Below, one piece after another: positions 12,101-25,314 of a stretch of 64,000 bases of DNA. Both the position numbers and the translations under genes were made by a program. The notes beneath the pieces are model-generated. The model was given only the letters and a program-made list of their open reading frames with translations. It did not search any database and had not been told where the DNA came from. Position 1 is the first letter of the stretch. Each line of letters begins with the position of its first letter. The DNA is from Zootoca vivipara (lineage: Eukaryota): contig NC_083288.1 of the NCBI RefSeq assembly GCF_963506605.1, positions 54,064,001 through 54,128,000 of the forward strand, in the 5' to 3' direction.

Positions 12101-15100
12101 AAGCACAAGTCTCAAACCAGGAACTGACTCCCGCCTGCCGCTGCCTCTCTTTCTCCCCGCTCTGCGCACTCTGCTTCTCCCCCCCCCCCACCTGTCAGTC
12201 GCCCGAGAAACACCCCCGCCCACCCCCTTGATCTGATCACAGACTCAAATTTGCGGATGGCGCTCCCCCTCTCCCTGCCACATCCAGCAAAAGGGATCTC
12301 TTGCATTAGGGTCTGGCTGGTGGATCAGGCCCACGGCCCACTCAGCCCAGCATCCTCTTCTCACAGTGGCCAACCAGATGAAAGTCACACACAAATCGAG
12401 GATTCGATCTCAGGAGCAGCTTCTGCCGTCTTGGGGTTTCCAGTTTGCTGCCTCTGGAGGCAGAGCTTATGCATATTCCATTGCATTTAATGTCCATCCA
12501 CTAGTCTCCTCCATGGTTTTTTTTTAATCCATCCAGGTTTGTGGGCCATTGCTGCCTCCTGTGGCAGGGAGTTCCGCAGTTTAACTTCGCATGGAGAAGG
12601 ACTTTTTTCCTCTCTCTCCTGCATCTTCCAACATTCAGCTTTGTTGCATGTCCACAAGTGTTATGAGATAGAGGGAAACTTTTCCCTGCCCAGTTTCTTT
12701 ATGCCATGCATAATTTTACATACTTTATAAGTTGATTTTATAAACTTAGTTGCACAAGAACATCCCCCCACCGAAAGAGAAAAAAATTCCTTCCAGTAGC
12801 ACCTTAGAGACCAACTAGGTTTGTCATTGGTATGAGCTTCCGTGTGCATGCACACTTCCTCAGATATCAGGTATCTGATATCTTCTGAAGAAGTGTGCAT
12901 GCACACGAAAGCTCATACCTATGACAAACTTAGTTGGTCTCTAAGGTGCTACTGGAAGGATTTTTTTAATTTTGTTTCGACTACGGCAGACCAACACGGC
13001 TACCCACCAAAAGCGATCTCTCTTCTTGCTGATGGGGTGTGGGAAGAGGCTTCTTGTGGGGGGGTGCAGATGGGGGGGCTGGCTTTACAGGGGGGCTGAA
13101 GGAGAAGGGAGGGCGCGGAGGCGATGAACTGGAAAATTCAATTTTTGAGCTGGTTGCGGGGGGTGGTCTTGAGTGCCTGAGAAAACCACTGTTGGTGGAA
13201 GGGAGGAGGGAAGCGCCCTTGTGGTGGTGGTGGGCTTTTGTTTGGGGTGGGGGCAGCGAAAAAAGCGTGTGGGTGCCAGCCCTGCTTTCAGAACACCTGG
13301 CTGGAATCCTGAATCTTGGGCAAGGCAGCTGAGAGGCAAGGATGGANNNNNNNNNNNNNNNNNNNNNNNNNNNNNNNNNNNNNNNNNNNNNNNNNNNNNN
13401 NNNNNNNNNNNNNNNNNNNNNNNNNNNNNNNNNNNNNNNNNNNNNNNNNNNNNNNNNNNNNNNNNNNNNNNNNNNNNNNNNNNNNNNNCTCTCCTGGTTT
13501 ATTAGGGGGTTGGGCTAGATGGCCCCTGGGGGTCCCTCCCAAGCCTCCAATGCTTTGCTCAATCTGGGTGAGGAGGACGGCGCTTTGTTGACTCCCGGAG
13601 TCTCTGTGGTGATCCTCCCTCCCTCCCTCCCTCCCTCCCTCCCTCCCTCTCTGTGGGGCAGCCAGCAACGCAGACTCCTGGCAGGGTAGGGCAGCCAGAA
13701 AACGCTGCAGGCCAAACAGCCTTTGGGGCTGGGGGGGGGAGGAGTGAAGGGGGGGCAGCTGGGATCAACGGAGGAAGTGGGGAGGGCAGGATGGAACCCC
13801 TGGAGCTGGGCCAGATCCGGTGCGAGGTGCCTCCTCTGGGCGTGCGGGTTTATCGGAAGCAGCTCAGCAGCCAGGTGGGGATCTTTGGGGGGTGGGAGTG
13901 GGGTGGGGTCCTGCTTTGCAGGTTATGGATTTGGGGGTGGGAGAAGGATGGTGGGGCTGGAAGTGAGCTGGGGGGGCAGTTCCAGGTCTTGGGGGGGGGT
14001 GAGGAGAGGACGAGGGACCTTGGCTGCGTGGGGGGGCAGGTGCTTGATGTCACAAGGTTTGGGGTCTTTCCAGTGTCCCATTGCCCTTGTCTGTCCCACT
14101 GATATAGAATCAGAGATTTGTGGGTTTGGAAGGGCTCCCCAGGGGCCACGCAGGAACCGCAACCAAAGGATCCCTGACAGACACCCCTCCCCCCCCGACC
14201 TCTGCTTAAAAATCCCTAGGGAATCCAGGAATTGTAGAGTCGGGCGGGGCTCCCGAGGCCATCTAGCCCACCCCCCTGCCATGTTGGATTGGGGGCTTCC
14301 CTAGAGAGGCCCCCCATGGAGGGAGCTCCCTTCTTGTCTCCACCTAACCGGGCTCTGCCTCTTCTCCTCCCAGCTCACCGTCTACCTGGGCAAGAGGGAC
14401 TTTGTGGACCACCTGGACAGAGTGGACCCCGTAGGTGAGTAGGGGGCAGGGGGGGCAGAGAGCCCCTGGGGCAGTCGGTGGTGCAAGGGGGGAGCAGGCC
14501 GCTCTTCCTCCAGAGGAATGCTTGGAGAAGAGGAAAGTGAGTTAAGCGGTGGTCCCTTCCAATTTCTTTGGGGTGCGTCAAAGTCTCCCCGCCCCCCCCC
14601 CCACTCCATTCAGGCGAAAATGCCTTTTTAAAAACTGCACTTTTAGACCACTTTATTTTCCTGCAAGGAGCTCAAGGTGGCCAAGACTGCAGGAAGGCAG
14701 CGACTGGTCCCGGTGGTCGCCGGCGGGGGGGGGGCACGGCTTCCAAGTCTGAGCATTTGAACCCAGGTCTTTTTTTTAAGCCCAAGGGCTTTAGTAGCGC
14801 TGTGCTGTTTTGTTTTAATGGCACATACTGTATTTTCATAGGCATGGCTTTCAAATATTCTTGCAGTTCTGTTAGAGTTTGATTACATTTTTCGACAGTG
14901 ATAGTAGATGATAGGAAGAGGTATACCTTAATAAATTTGGATCCAGATTGCAAAGCGATAGAACTCAGCATCAGAAATGCAGGCGGCGATGAAATTGCAA
15001 TTTAAATAAAAATAATAATAAATTGTCCAGTAGCACCTTAGAGACCAACTAAGTTTGTTCTGGGTATAAGCTCTTCGTGTATCTGAAGAAGTGTGCATGC

Positions 15101-15221
15101 ACACAAAAGCTTATACCCAGAACAAACTTAGTTGGTCTCTAAGGTGCTAGTTAGAGCACCTTAAAAAGGAATTTTTAAAATTCATTTATTTATTTCGACT
15201 GCATCAGACCTGAATCTAGTT

Positions 15222-15258
<37 letters not shown>

Positions 15259-18200
15259 CCATTTTGTGGAACCAAATGGAGAGAACCTTCCCCTGGAGTG
15301 AAAAGGGTCCCAAGTAAAGGCTATTGATCTGTTATCAGATCATCAAGTCTAGAACAGGAGTCGGGGGGGGGGTTGGCTGGTGTGTGTGTGTTGCTGTTTG
15401 GGCTGTACCAATCCAGGGCGATGTGGGTGGGAATGGAGGTTTGCATCCCCCCCTTACCCATAGCTGCCAAGTTATCCCTTTTTTAAAGGGATTTTCCCTT
15501 ATGCTGAATAGGCTTCCTCGCGAGAAAAGGGAAAACTTGGCAGCTATGCTTACCCCCCCCTCTGTTTCTTTTCTGCCCCCTTAGATGGTGTCGTTCTGGT
15601 GGACCCCGAATACCTCAAGGACCGGAAGGGTAAGTAGGGGGGCAAGAAAAGGGGCTGATGCTTGAATTTTTGGGACACTGATTTTTACTTGTTTGCCTTT
15701 ATGTATTTATTGTGCATTTTGTATGGGCACCAAAAATGGCCGGCGCCGACAATGGAAGTTGCATCTACACATGTCCAGAAGTGCGTAGGCGCAACTTCCT
15801 GTGTCGCTTTGCCCATCTATGGGCACCGAAAATGGCCGGCGCCGACACCGGAAGTTGCGTCTACGCACTTCCAGACATGCATAGACGCGACTTCCGGCGC
15901 CGGACATTTTCTGGGTGGCTCCCAACCAAATTAGTGATAATAATAATAATAATAAAGCAATAAAACATCAGACATTAAAAACTTCCCTAAACAGGGCTGC
16001 CTTCAGATGTCTTCTAAAAGTCAGATAGTTGTTTATTTCCTTGACATTTGAAGGGTGCCACTACTGGGAAGGCCCTGTGCCTGGTTTTACAGGCTCCAGT
16101 CCTTAGGATGCTCCAAATTGCTCAATGTCTGATCGTTTGAGGAGCTGGGGGGGGGGTCGGGCAGCAGAGGAGACTTATCTGGGAAATTCTGTGAAAAAAC
16201 GGTCAACCTACAAACGCATTTTTCCTGTTCACACGTGGTCAACACGTTCTCCACACCATTCCAAAGATAATTCAGTTCAGAGTTTGATGATCAATCATTC
16301 TGCGCATGATTAGAGCAGCTGGAAGTGTGACAGGAAGATGACTCGGATTTTCTCTAATTTCTACTCCCCATCTCCCACCCTAAAGTTCTTCTAACGACCT
16401 TGCCAGAGAAAAGAGACAGTAGGTTAATGACCCTTGATCGTACTAATAGATTTGCTTCTTCCTTTGGGGAACTGATAAGAAGTGCCATGCTAGGGGCGGA
16501 AATCAGATGACTGGAGGGCAATGAAAATTGCATTGCTTGAACATGTTATGTTGGTCACACATACCTCTCCCTCCCCATAGCAAATGAAAAGGAAAATGTA
16601 TGGTTTTTTTCCTCTTCTTTGAGGTTCTTAGCATTAAGATAACGGGGTGAGATGTTACCTGAAATGTGTCATATATTCAGTATTTCTTGTGACCAACGAA
16701 ACATCACAGCAGGCAACTTATAAGAGGGTGTGTCCCATGAACCTCCTTTTAGGACCGTCATAATTCCTTCCCTGAGAATTTAATAAGCATTAGGACTGCA
16801 GTTTGGACCATACTATCAGTAAAGGTAAAGGGACCCCTGACCATTAGGTCCAGTTGTGACTGACTCTGGGGTTGCGGCGCTCATCTCGCATTATTGGCCG
16901 AAGGAGCCGGCGTACAGCTTCCGGGTCATGTGGCCAGCATGACAAAGCCACTTCTGGTGAACCAGAGCAGCACACGGAAACACCGTTTACCTTCCCGCCG
17001 GAGCAGTACCTAATTATCTACTTGCACTTCGTGCTTTCGAACTGCTAGGTGGGCAGGAGCTGGGACCGGGCAACGGGAACTCACCCCGTTGCAGGGATTC
17101 GAACCGCCGACCTTCTGATCGGCAAGCCCTAGGCTCTGTGGTTTAACCCACAGCACCACCTGCGTCCCTATACTATCAGTACATGGCATCTTATAGCTCT
17201 CAGGAAGTTTGAAACATATAGGTAAAAATAAAAATAAATAAAACTTTAAGAGAAAGTCATTATCCAAGTGTTACAGGTAAATTCTTGAGGCTGCAGAACC
17301 TTTGCCACAGTCAAACACACCTTTTAATTGCAATAAAAGAAATTAAACGACAGCTTCTTGGTAATTTTTGCAGAGAAGTGCCTTGCCACGAAAAGAGGTC
17401 CACTGGAGTTCAAAAAACATTAGCTTGGAGGGAACCAAAACATGACGTGTCAAGGAGCTTGCCAATGTGACGTTGGTCACGGCGGAATCACCCGCGTGGG
17501 GCGTTGAAGCACCCCCAAATTTCTGTCACCAAACAGAAGTAGTGAAGCCCTTGCTTTCTGCAAAACTGCAAAATCCTAGATGCCTGGGGGGCGACCGTTT
17601 CCTTTTTTCTGAGCATGTCCTTCCCTTTGGCTCCAGGGCTGTGTGGCATCGGAGGGGCCTAACCGTGTCCCCCTTCTTCCCTGGCAGTCTTTGTGACGCT
17701 GACCTGCGCTTTCCGCTACGGCCGCGAGGACCTGGACGTGCTGGGCCTCTCCTTCCGCAAGGACCTCTTCCTGGCCTCGTGGCAGGCCTTCCCGCCCCCC
17801 GAGGAGACTGCCGAGCCCCTCACCCGCCTGCAGGAGCGGCTGCTGCGGAAACTGGGGGCCAACGCCCACCCCTTCAGCTTCATAGTAAGAGAGGGAGGAA
17901 GCCCACCCAACCTTTTCACCCCTAAATTCCTGCATTGCGGCGGGTTGGGCTAGAGGCCCTTTGGGGGTCCCCCCCTTCCAACTCTCTGCAGTTCTCTGGC
18001 TCTATGATCATGCCATTACTGTCCCCTTACAGATTTCCTTTCCATCCCCTGTCACAGAATCAAAGGACTGTCAGGTTTGAGGGGAACCCAAGGGGCATCT
18101 AGCCCAACCCCCAGCTTTGAAAGTTGCCGTGGAAGGCACCTGCTGAATTTTCAGTGGCAGGGAGTTCCGCAGGGTGGGGCTGATGGTGCGGCTACTTTGG

Positions 18201-21200
18201 TTTCTGGGTTTCTGGTCTCCGTTTGTGGGGTGGAGAAAGTGGCAAGAGGGGAAAATGCGGGGGGGGGGGGTGTCTGTGTGCTGGGACTCAGAGGAGAAGC
18301 CCTTGGGGTGCCATGTTGGTGACCCCAAAGTAGGAGTTGGGGGGGAACTTTTTCACTGCTCTATTTCTCTCTGCGCCCCTCAGATCCCACAGAACCTGCC
18401 CTGCTCTGTGACGCTGCAGCCGGGTCCAGAGGACACAGGAAAAGTAAGGGGTTTCTGAAGGGGTGGGGGGCAGATTTTGGGGGTTCAGGGGAAAGAAAAG
18501 GATGCAGCCTTGTGGATTCTGCCCTGAAAGCAGCATTAGGGGCAGAGCTGCTTATGGGGCAGCTGGGGGGGGGGACACACGACAGGACCAGCAGTGTCAC
18601 TAAGGGACACCCCCCCCCCCGCTTTCCCCCTCCTCCAGGCTTGCGGTGTCGATTTTGAGATCCGGGCTTTTTGTGCCAAAATTCAAGATGAGAAGATTCA
18701 CAAAAGGTGAGCCCAACGTCTCAGGGCTGTTCTTCATGGGCAAACAAATCCTGTGGCTGAGAAATTGCAAAAAGCAAAACAGATGTATTGTTATTTTTGG
18801 TGTTATGTAGCCCAGTCTTCCCCGCCAAACCCCTGGGAGTTTTCCTAGAATGGTAGAGTTGGAAGGGGGCCCCCGGGGTCATCCAGCCCAGCCCCCGGCA
18901 ATGCAGGAACTGCGGTTGATCAGGGAAGGTTGTGGGGCAGGGAGATAAGGCTGTGTCCTTTTCTGTGAAGCCCCTTGCCCCCTTTTCCGGCTGCTTTGCC
19001 CATGGCAGGCTCTGGGTTCAGATCTCTGGCAACACGTCCAGTTCAGGCCAGAAAATACCTTTGTCCCAGAAACTGTAGGGAGAAGTGTTTGGCCCAACTC
19101 TGTATTTAATTCTTTACTATTTGTTTTTCCCCTCGATTTATATACTGGCCTTTATCATGACCCCCTTCTCTCGGACTTCCCTAACTCGCAGGGTGGTGGT
19201 GGGGGTGTGAAATGGGGAAGAGAGCTCCTTGCGATTCCTAAAGGTGGGCTGACGTTCATGCAATGGATTAATAGGGCTTTGAACTGCCCCCTCCTCACTC
19301 GCCTTGGGGAGAACCCAGGCATCCTGGGCCACAGCCAACTCCTCTTTCAGCCACTCTCCCTTCTTGCCCCCCACCCCACCCACAGGAATTCCGTCCGCCT
19401 GGTCATCCGGAAAGTTCAATATGCCCCGGAGAAGCCCGGCCCCCAGCCCATGGCCGAGACCACCCGCCACTTCCTGATGTCCGACCGCTCCTTGCACCTC
19501 GAGGCTTCGCTCGACAAGGAGGTATTTTTTTTGGGGGGGGTTGCGATGCACATAGGTGCATTTGCGGTGTGTGTGTGTGTGAAATGTGCTTCTGACTGAG
19601 ACCCTGCGGACCCCCGCCACCAGTATTGCAAGAGTCGCAGTAAGGAATCCGGGAGTCATAGCTCAACCCCCTGCAAGGCGGGAACCGCAGCTCAAGACTC
19701 CCTTGGCGCCCAGCCTCTGCTCAAAAGCAGCCCCAGTCTAGTCCCCATCTCCCCCACCCCCAGCAATAGCTGCCCCCTCCCCACAATGCCCCACCTGCAA
19801 GTTGCTGCAATGAGGGAAAGGCCCTTAAAGCCGATTAAAACACACCCCAGTATCCCCAGGCTGGTCTGAGCAAATCAATGCTTTTAAAAATGGTTGATAA
19901 TTTTGATTTTTTTAAATTGATATTTAAATTTGCTGGAAGCCACCCAGAGTGGCATAGAAATAATGTATTACTATTACTACGGTATAATTTTAGAACAATT
20001 TTGTTTATGAAAGAAAAGAGACGAAGAAAATATGTGAGAAAGAAGATGCAGAAATAAAATCAGTACATTTCCATACATTGAAATAAATGATGCTCTATCC
20101 CTGATAGAAGTGTAGCTATTCAAAACCTAATACGTTCTTTGCAAACTCATTCCAAATATCACTATATTAATCCAAACCAAGTATCTGTTGTCTGACTGTC
20201 AAGTTCCACACCGTAGGCGTTTAGTTCAAGAGAATATTCTCCCCGGAGTATTTTCGCTTTTAGGAAGCTCTGAAAAAAGGGTCAAGAGGCAGTGAGTTCC
20301 AAAGATGGATCTCTTTCAAATGCAGAACTCTTGGCAGCCATGGTTCATTTAGAGAGTCTCTGGGGTCACAGGCTTCAAGGTGGATGTTCCCCGCTTTTGA
20401 TTTGGGGGGAGGGTGTTGCGAGAGAGAGGCAACTGGTCCAAGGGGGGTCCTGGGAGAGTGGGCTGTGTCTTCCCTTTGAGGGCCCTTCCTTGGCCATGTA
20501 TCCTGACCCCCCCTTCTCTCCCCCCTCCAGCTTTATTACCACGGGGAGCCCATCAGCGTCAACGTTCACGTCACAAACAACTCCAGCAAAAGTGTCAAGA
20601 AAGTCAAGGTGTCCGGTAGGAAGGGGGGGTCCCTGCGGAGCTGGGTGGGGCCACCTTGGAGCATTTTTTGGGGGGGGTGCGTGGGGATGGAGCGGCCAGA
20701 TGAGGACCCCGCCGGAACACCCCCCCCAATTTGGCACTCCATGGACCTGGCTTCCTCTGGACAGTACCTGACGCTTTTCCTTCCTCCCGACCCTGCAGTG
20801 CGGCAATATGCAGACATCTGCCTCTTCAGCACAGCCCAGTACAAGTGCCCCGTGGCCCAAATCGAACAGGAGTAAGTATCCGGATTTGGAACTGGGGCTG
20901 GAGCGATGGGATGCGGGGTGTGTGTGTGTGATTTCGGAAAACGCAGCCTTGCCTTCGTCGTCTCCCCAAGTGTAGAAATGTTCTGGGACACCCTTCTCTC
21001 CCTAAAAGCTCCAAGGGAGACTCCACCCACCCCCAGGGGGAAGCTGCAGCACTGGGTGGAGCTGGGTGGGACTCCCAAGGCTCATCCAGCCCAACCCTCT
21101 GCAATGCAAGAGTCTCAGCCAATGGCGTTTTGCATTTTGGCACTGGCCTGACGTTGTCCCCTGCACCCCAGCTTGCAATGGGGGTTCGTGGAAGGGCTGT

Positions 21201-24200
21201 CACTCAGTGGTTAGAGCAGGCAGTTTCCGGGTTTGAGCCCCAAGGGAGGAGAGGTAATTCTGCATGACGTGGGCTGACAAACAGCCTTACTCGGTAGAAA
21301 GCAGCTTGCGGCGTCCCTGCGAGGTGGGCCGTGATGGGCTGGCAGGAATCTTGACGCCGCTCTCTCTCTCTCTGTGTGTCTCTGCTTGCCCTTGGCTTCC
21401 TCTGCCAGCGACCAAGTGGCCCCCAGCTCCACCTTCTGCAAGGTCTACACCCTCACGCCCCTGCTCAGCAACAACCGGGAGAAGAGGGGCCTGGCGTTGG
21501 ACGGGAAGCTCAAGCACGAAGACACCAACCTGGCCTCTTCCACCATGTGAGTCCTGCCCCCCCCCCTGCGCCCCCATTCCGGCAATTAAACACCCCTGAA
21601 CTCCCGGGCCGGCTGGCAGCAAATACGCCTTGGCATTGTTCTGTCATGGAAGGGGGGTGCCCAGGGGTCATCCAGTCCAACCCCCCTGCCGGGCAGAAAT
21701 TGCAGCTAAAGGATTCCAGGATTGCACAGGAACCAAACGGGGGTTGCAGCCCCCCCGGTGGGTGGGAGGGGGGGCAGGAGGTTCCTTGGGGGTGTGCTAA
21801 GAGGCAAGAGGGCAGGGAATATTGGACTTTGCAGAGCTGCTCACCCCAGGATTGATGGCGCTCCGTGTAGCAAGGTGCTCTCCTTCTGGCTGCCCTGGGT
21901 GCAGGCTGCTGACTGGAGGGGGAGACCCAGTCAGCATACGACACCTGTGCTGGCTGCCAATTGGCTCCCGGGCCGAGTCCAAGGTGTTACTCTTAGTATA
22001 TAAAGCTCTTAACAGGGGGTTGGACTAGATGACCGCCGGGGATCCCTTCCAATTTGACGAGGCTGTGATTCTGACAACTTGGGGGCAGCTTATCTGCAAG
22101 ATTGCTTGACCACCCTTATTTTTATGCATAAGCCGCCTTGAGTCCTGTCAGAGGAAAAGGTGGGGCATAAATACATTAATATTAGTTATTATTAATAATA
22201 AATGTGGCAGCATCGACACTTTCGAACCCCTGCCTCTTGATATCCTCCCGCACAACTGCCTTCACTGTATTCTTTTTGGTGCCTGCTGAACACGTTCCCG
22301 TTTGAGACAAGTTTGCACAAGTTTCAGTCTATTCTGCTGCAGTTTTAAATTGTGCTTGTAGTGTGTTCCATTGTGGTTTTGCAATTTTTGTGACAGTTTT
22401 ATGGTTTTGATAAACCTCTCTGAGGCATTTTCCCTTTGCAATCAAGCGGTATACAGTGGTACCTCAACTTACAAACGACTTAAAAACCGAATTTTTCAAC
22501 TTACGAATGGGGGTAATGGCCACGCGCTTACGAATGTCTCGACATCCGGAAAAAACCCGCAGCGGTTTTAGATAGGGTTGCTTCGACTTACGAATTTTTC
22601 CGTTTTCAATGCATTCCTATGGGAAATTGCGTTTCCAATGGCCTTTTTCAACGTACGAATTTTTCGACTTATGAAGGTGCCTTCGGAATGGATTAAATAC
22701 ATAAGTCGAGGCACCACTGTATAAATTTTATGAAGTAAATACAGTGGTCGTTTCAGTTGGATTAATCTGGCAATTAGCTGCTGCTACTGCTCTGAATCTT
22801 CTTTTCGGAGGGGTGGAGCCACTGGGGGTGAGTTCATGGCACCGAGGAGGCGGAAGGGACCCCCAAAAGTTTGGGTAAAAAATGTGAGCGTAGGGAAAAG
22901 GGGAGGCATTGTTCTTTGCAGGGTCCTTGGGGTGTTTCTAGGTCAGAACAGCCTCCCCATTTCTTTTTCCTTGGCATTGCAGCGTGAAGGAGGGTGCCAA
23001 CAAGGAGGTCCTGGGCATCCTGGTCTCCTACCGGGTCAAGGTCAAGTTGGTGGTGTCCCGGGGAGGGTAAGTATGAATATCGGGTGGGTTGCTCTTCTTC
23101 TCTCGTTGTCGCCATGCCCCCCCCCAAATCCCAACTCGTCTGTTGCAAAAGAGGTGTTTGGAAGAGAGACTCCTGCTCTCTAGTAGCAGAGTTAAGCACA
23201 ATGGTTCACTCCAAGCGCATTTAAATTTGGTTAGATTTTACATTGGCTCTCGCCCACTTTCAAACAAACACCTAGGCTAGAATAAATCACAGGCACTTGG
23301 CATTGCAGATAAGTGGATATTTTGGGGGCTTTGCAGAAGTTACAGCCAACAAGTTGCAGTAGTAAAAAAAAGGGGGGAGGAGTTTCCAATCGATCTAAAA
23401 AGAAGAGAATAAAAAGGATCGTGCAATATTTGGGGTTTGCAAAGATGCAAAATCTCCCCAAAAAGATGTAAAATCTCCCCAAGGAGTTGCAGCAAACCAA
23501 GGATTTGAAGTAGGATGCCAATGGAAGATAAGTCGGGAAGTCTGTGTAAGATTAAAATAAGAGTTGTATAGATGCAATGTGCCAAACGAAAAATGATTAA
23601 ATAACTAAATATGAACACCTAAAAAATAAAAAAGGCATCTGTTCAGCTACTGTGAGGGCAGGATGCTGGACGAGCCTCATCCAGCAGCCAGACATTTCAG
23701 ATGACAGTATGGAGCTTCCAGGTCCAGAGGCAGTATATCTCAGTTCCCAGGTTCTATGAGGCATTTGGCCCTTTGAGGCCAGGATGCCTTGGGCCTGATC
23801 CCGCTTGCAGGCTCTTCTCATGATCTTCTCCTCCCCCGCCCCCCAGGGATGTTTCCGTGGAGCTGCCTTTCGTCCTCATGCACCCTAAGCCACCCGACCA
23901 GGCCTCGCCCAAGTTGCAGCCTCAGCTGGGTAAGTCTCTGAATGGGAGTGCAAGCCTTCTCCTACGGGATGCCACCCCAGAGGCAGCTGTGCTCGTTCCG
24001 AGTGGAGGGTGGGGTGGGAGACGTTTCATGGGTCAAAAGGGGCGCCTTGCCTTGGAGAACGAGGAAACTCACGCTCCCCGTTTCCCTTCCAGCCGCCCCC
24101 GAGACGGACGCCCCGGTCGACACCAACCTCATTGAGTTCGAAACGAAGTAAGACAAGTCTGACCCTTTCCCTGGGGGGCTCAGAGGCCAGCACCCACAAG

Positions 24201-25314
24201 GCCCTGCTCTCGGGGGGGGGGGAGGTAGGAGGTAGCCAGGCTGTGCCCAAAGGGTCTGCCTCTCTCTCTCTCTCTGCCTAGTTATTTCCCACTCAGCCCA
24301 ATTATTTAGTATTATTATTGACTTATTTTTATTCCCAGCATAAGAAGGCAAGATGGAAACCCAAAATGCATAATAAAAACAAAGCTAGCCAATAAGCTGC
24401 CTCCCCCTCTAGCAACAGATCGAGGCTCTTAGGATTATTACATTTATGCCGGCCCTTTCCTCCAAGTTGCTCAAGGACATGTGCCTTCTTCTCTCCCTCC
24501 CCTTTTTATTCCCCCCCAACAACAACCCTGCGAGGGAGGTTTGGGGCCCAAGTCACCCAATGGGCTTCATAGCCGCTTTGAACCGGCGTCTCCCCAGTCC
24601 GAGTCTAGAACTTACAACACATTTCCGTCTTCCATTCCACAAGTTGGAGTGGCTTCTTTTTTTATATAGGGCAGGGCGGAGCCCCCAAACCACCTTTGAG
24701 GACTTCTGTGGGGTGACTGCATTGCCATCTAACACTTGGGGGGTGTTCAACTGGGGTGGGGGGTTTAAAAGTGGAGAATCTTGGTCAGCGGTTGGGGCAT
24801 GGAAAGGAGAACCCACAAGGAGGGGGGGGACAGCTGCAAGGGCCCCCAAACCCACCACCCACCCCCGTGTCCAGGGCCCAGGAAAGGAGCTGGACCTTGG
24901 GGTCTTGCACAGGGAGCTCCCAGTGTGGTGCAGTGGTCGGAGCACCCGGGTTCAAATCTCTGCTTGGCTGTGCTGCTTGCCTGGGGGTCTGGAGGGGGCC
25001 GGTTTCTCCCTTTCAGCCCTAGCCTACCTGGCAGGGTTGTTGCTTCACGCACCACCTTGGAGGAAATGATGGGATGTAGGAATGCGGGGAAAGAAGCAGA
25101 TCTTTTACAGGTGAAAGAAAAAGAAAATCCACCATTTTTGTGCATATCCAAAGCAGCCTGACTGTGTCTCCCTGTTCTCTCCTTTCCTTCCCCCCCCCCC
25201 CACAAAAAACAACCCAGCTACGGGCAGGACGATGACATTGTATTCGAAGACTTTGCCCGCCTGCGCCTGAAGGGGCTGAAGGACGACAAGGAAGACGACG
25301 ACCATTTTTGCTAG
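9119..25314 (+). CDS. ARRB2: Beta-arrestin-2 (arrestin-3), 15 coding exons, 411 aa
   Basis: Exons 9119-9141 (MGEKAGTR), 11773-11803 ([10 protein letters not shown]), 14374-14434 ([15 protein letters not shown]), 15585-15629, 17688-17884 ([26 protein letters not shown]), 18384-18443, 18639-18706, 19386-19521, 20531-20615, 20799-20871, 21409-21546, 22983-23066, 23847-23929, 24093-24147 (TNLIEFET clathrin box), 25218-25314 ([17 protein letters not shown]2 motif, TAG). Total 1236 nt, all GT-AG and in frame. Confidence 0.98.
10810..10937 (+). mobile_element. tRNA-Lys-derived SINE with CR1-type tail
   Basis: GTAGAGCACGAGACTCT..CTCAGGGTTGTGAGTTCGAGTTCCACGTTGGGC followed by TTCCTGCATTGC..CTTCCAGCTCTAGATTC. 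Confidence 0.75.
12780..13006. mobile_element. Penelope-derived inverted-repeat element (hammerhead cores on both strands)
   Basis: Same family as 840-1055. CTGAAGAAGTGTGCATGCACACGAAAGCTCATACC at 12885-12919, with a mutated inverted copy at 12829-12868. Confidence 0.8.
13347..13488. other. Assembly gap in ARRB2 intron 2
   Basis: Run of Ns. Confidence 1.
15020..15215. mobile_element. Penelope-derived inverted-repeat element (mutated hammerhead core)
   Basis: TAGCACCTTAGAGACCAACTAAGTTTGTTCTGGGTATAAGC and its inverse. Core CTGAAGAAGTGTGCATGCACACAAAAGCTTATAC at 15083-15116. Confidence 0.75.
15459..15548. mobile_element. 90-bp MITE, TIR CATAGCTGCCAAGTT, 6-bp TSD
   Basis: Perfect 15-bp TIRs; CTTACC direct repeat on both flanks; near-identical copy at 59682-59772. 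Confidence 0.85.
16822..17168 (-). mobile_element. Sauria SINE, full length
   Basis: AAAGGTAAAGG (ACCTTT tail) at left end, GGGACGCAGGTGGTGCTGTGG head on the minus strand, TSD TACTATCAGTA. Confidence 0.9.
22451..22722. mobile_element. Tc1/mariner (pogo/Tigger-like) MITE
   Basis: TA-CAGTGGTACCTCAACTTA ... TAAGTCGAGGCACCACTG-TA termini. Confidence 0.8.
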
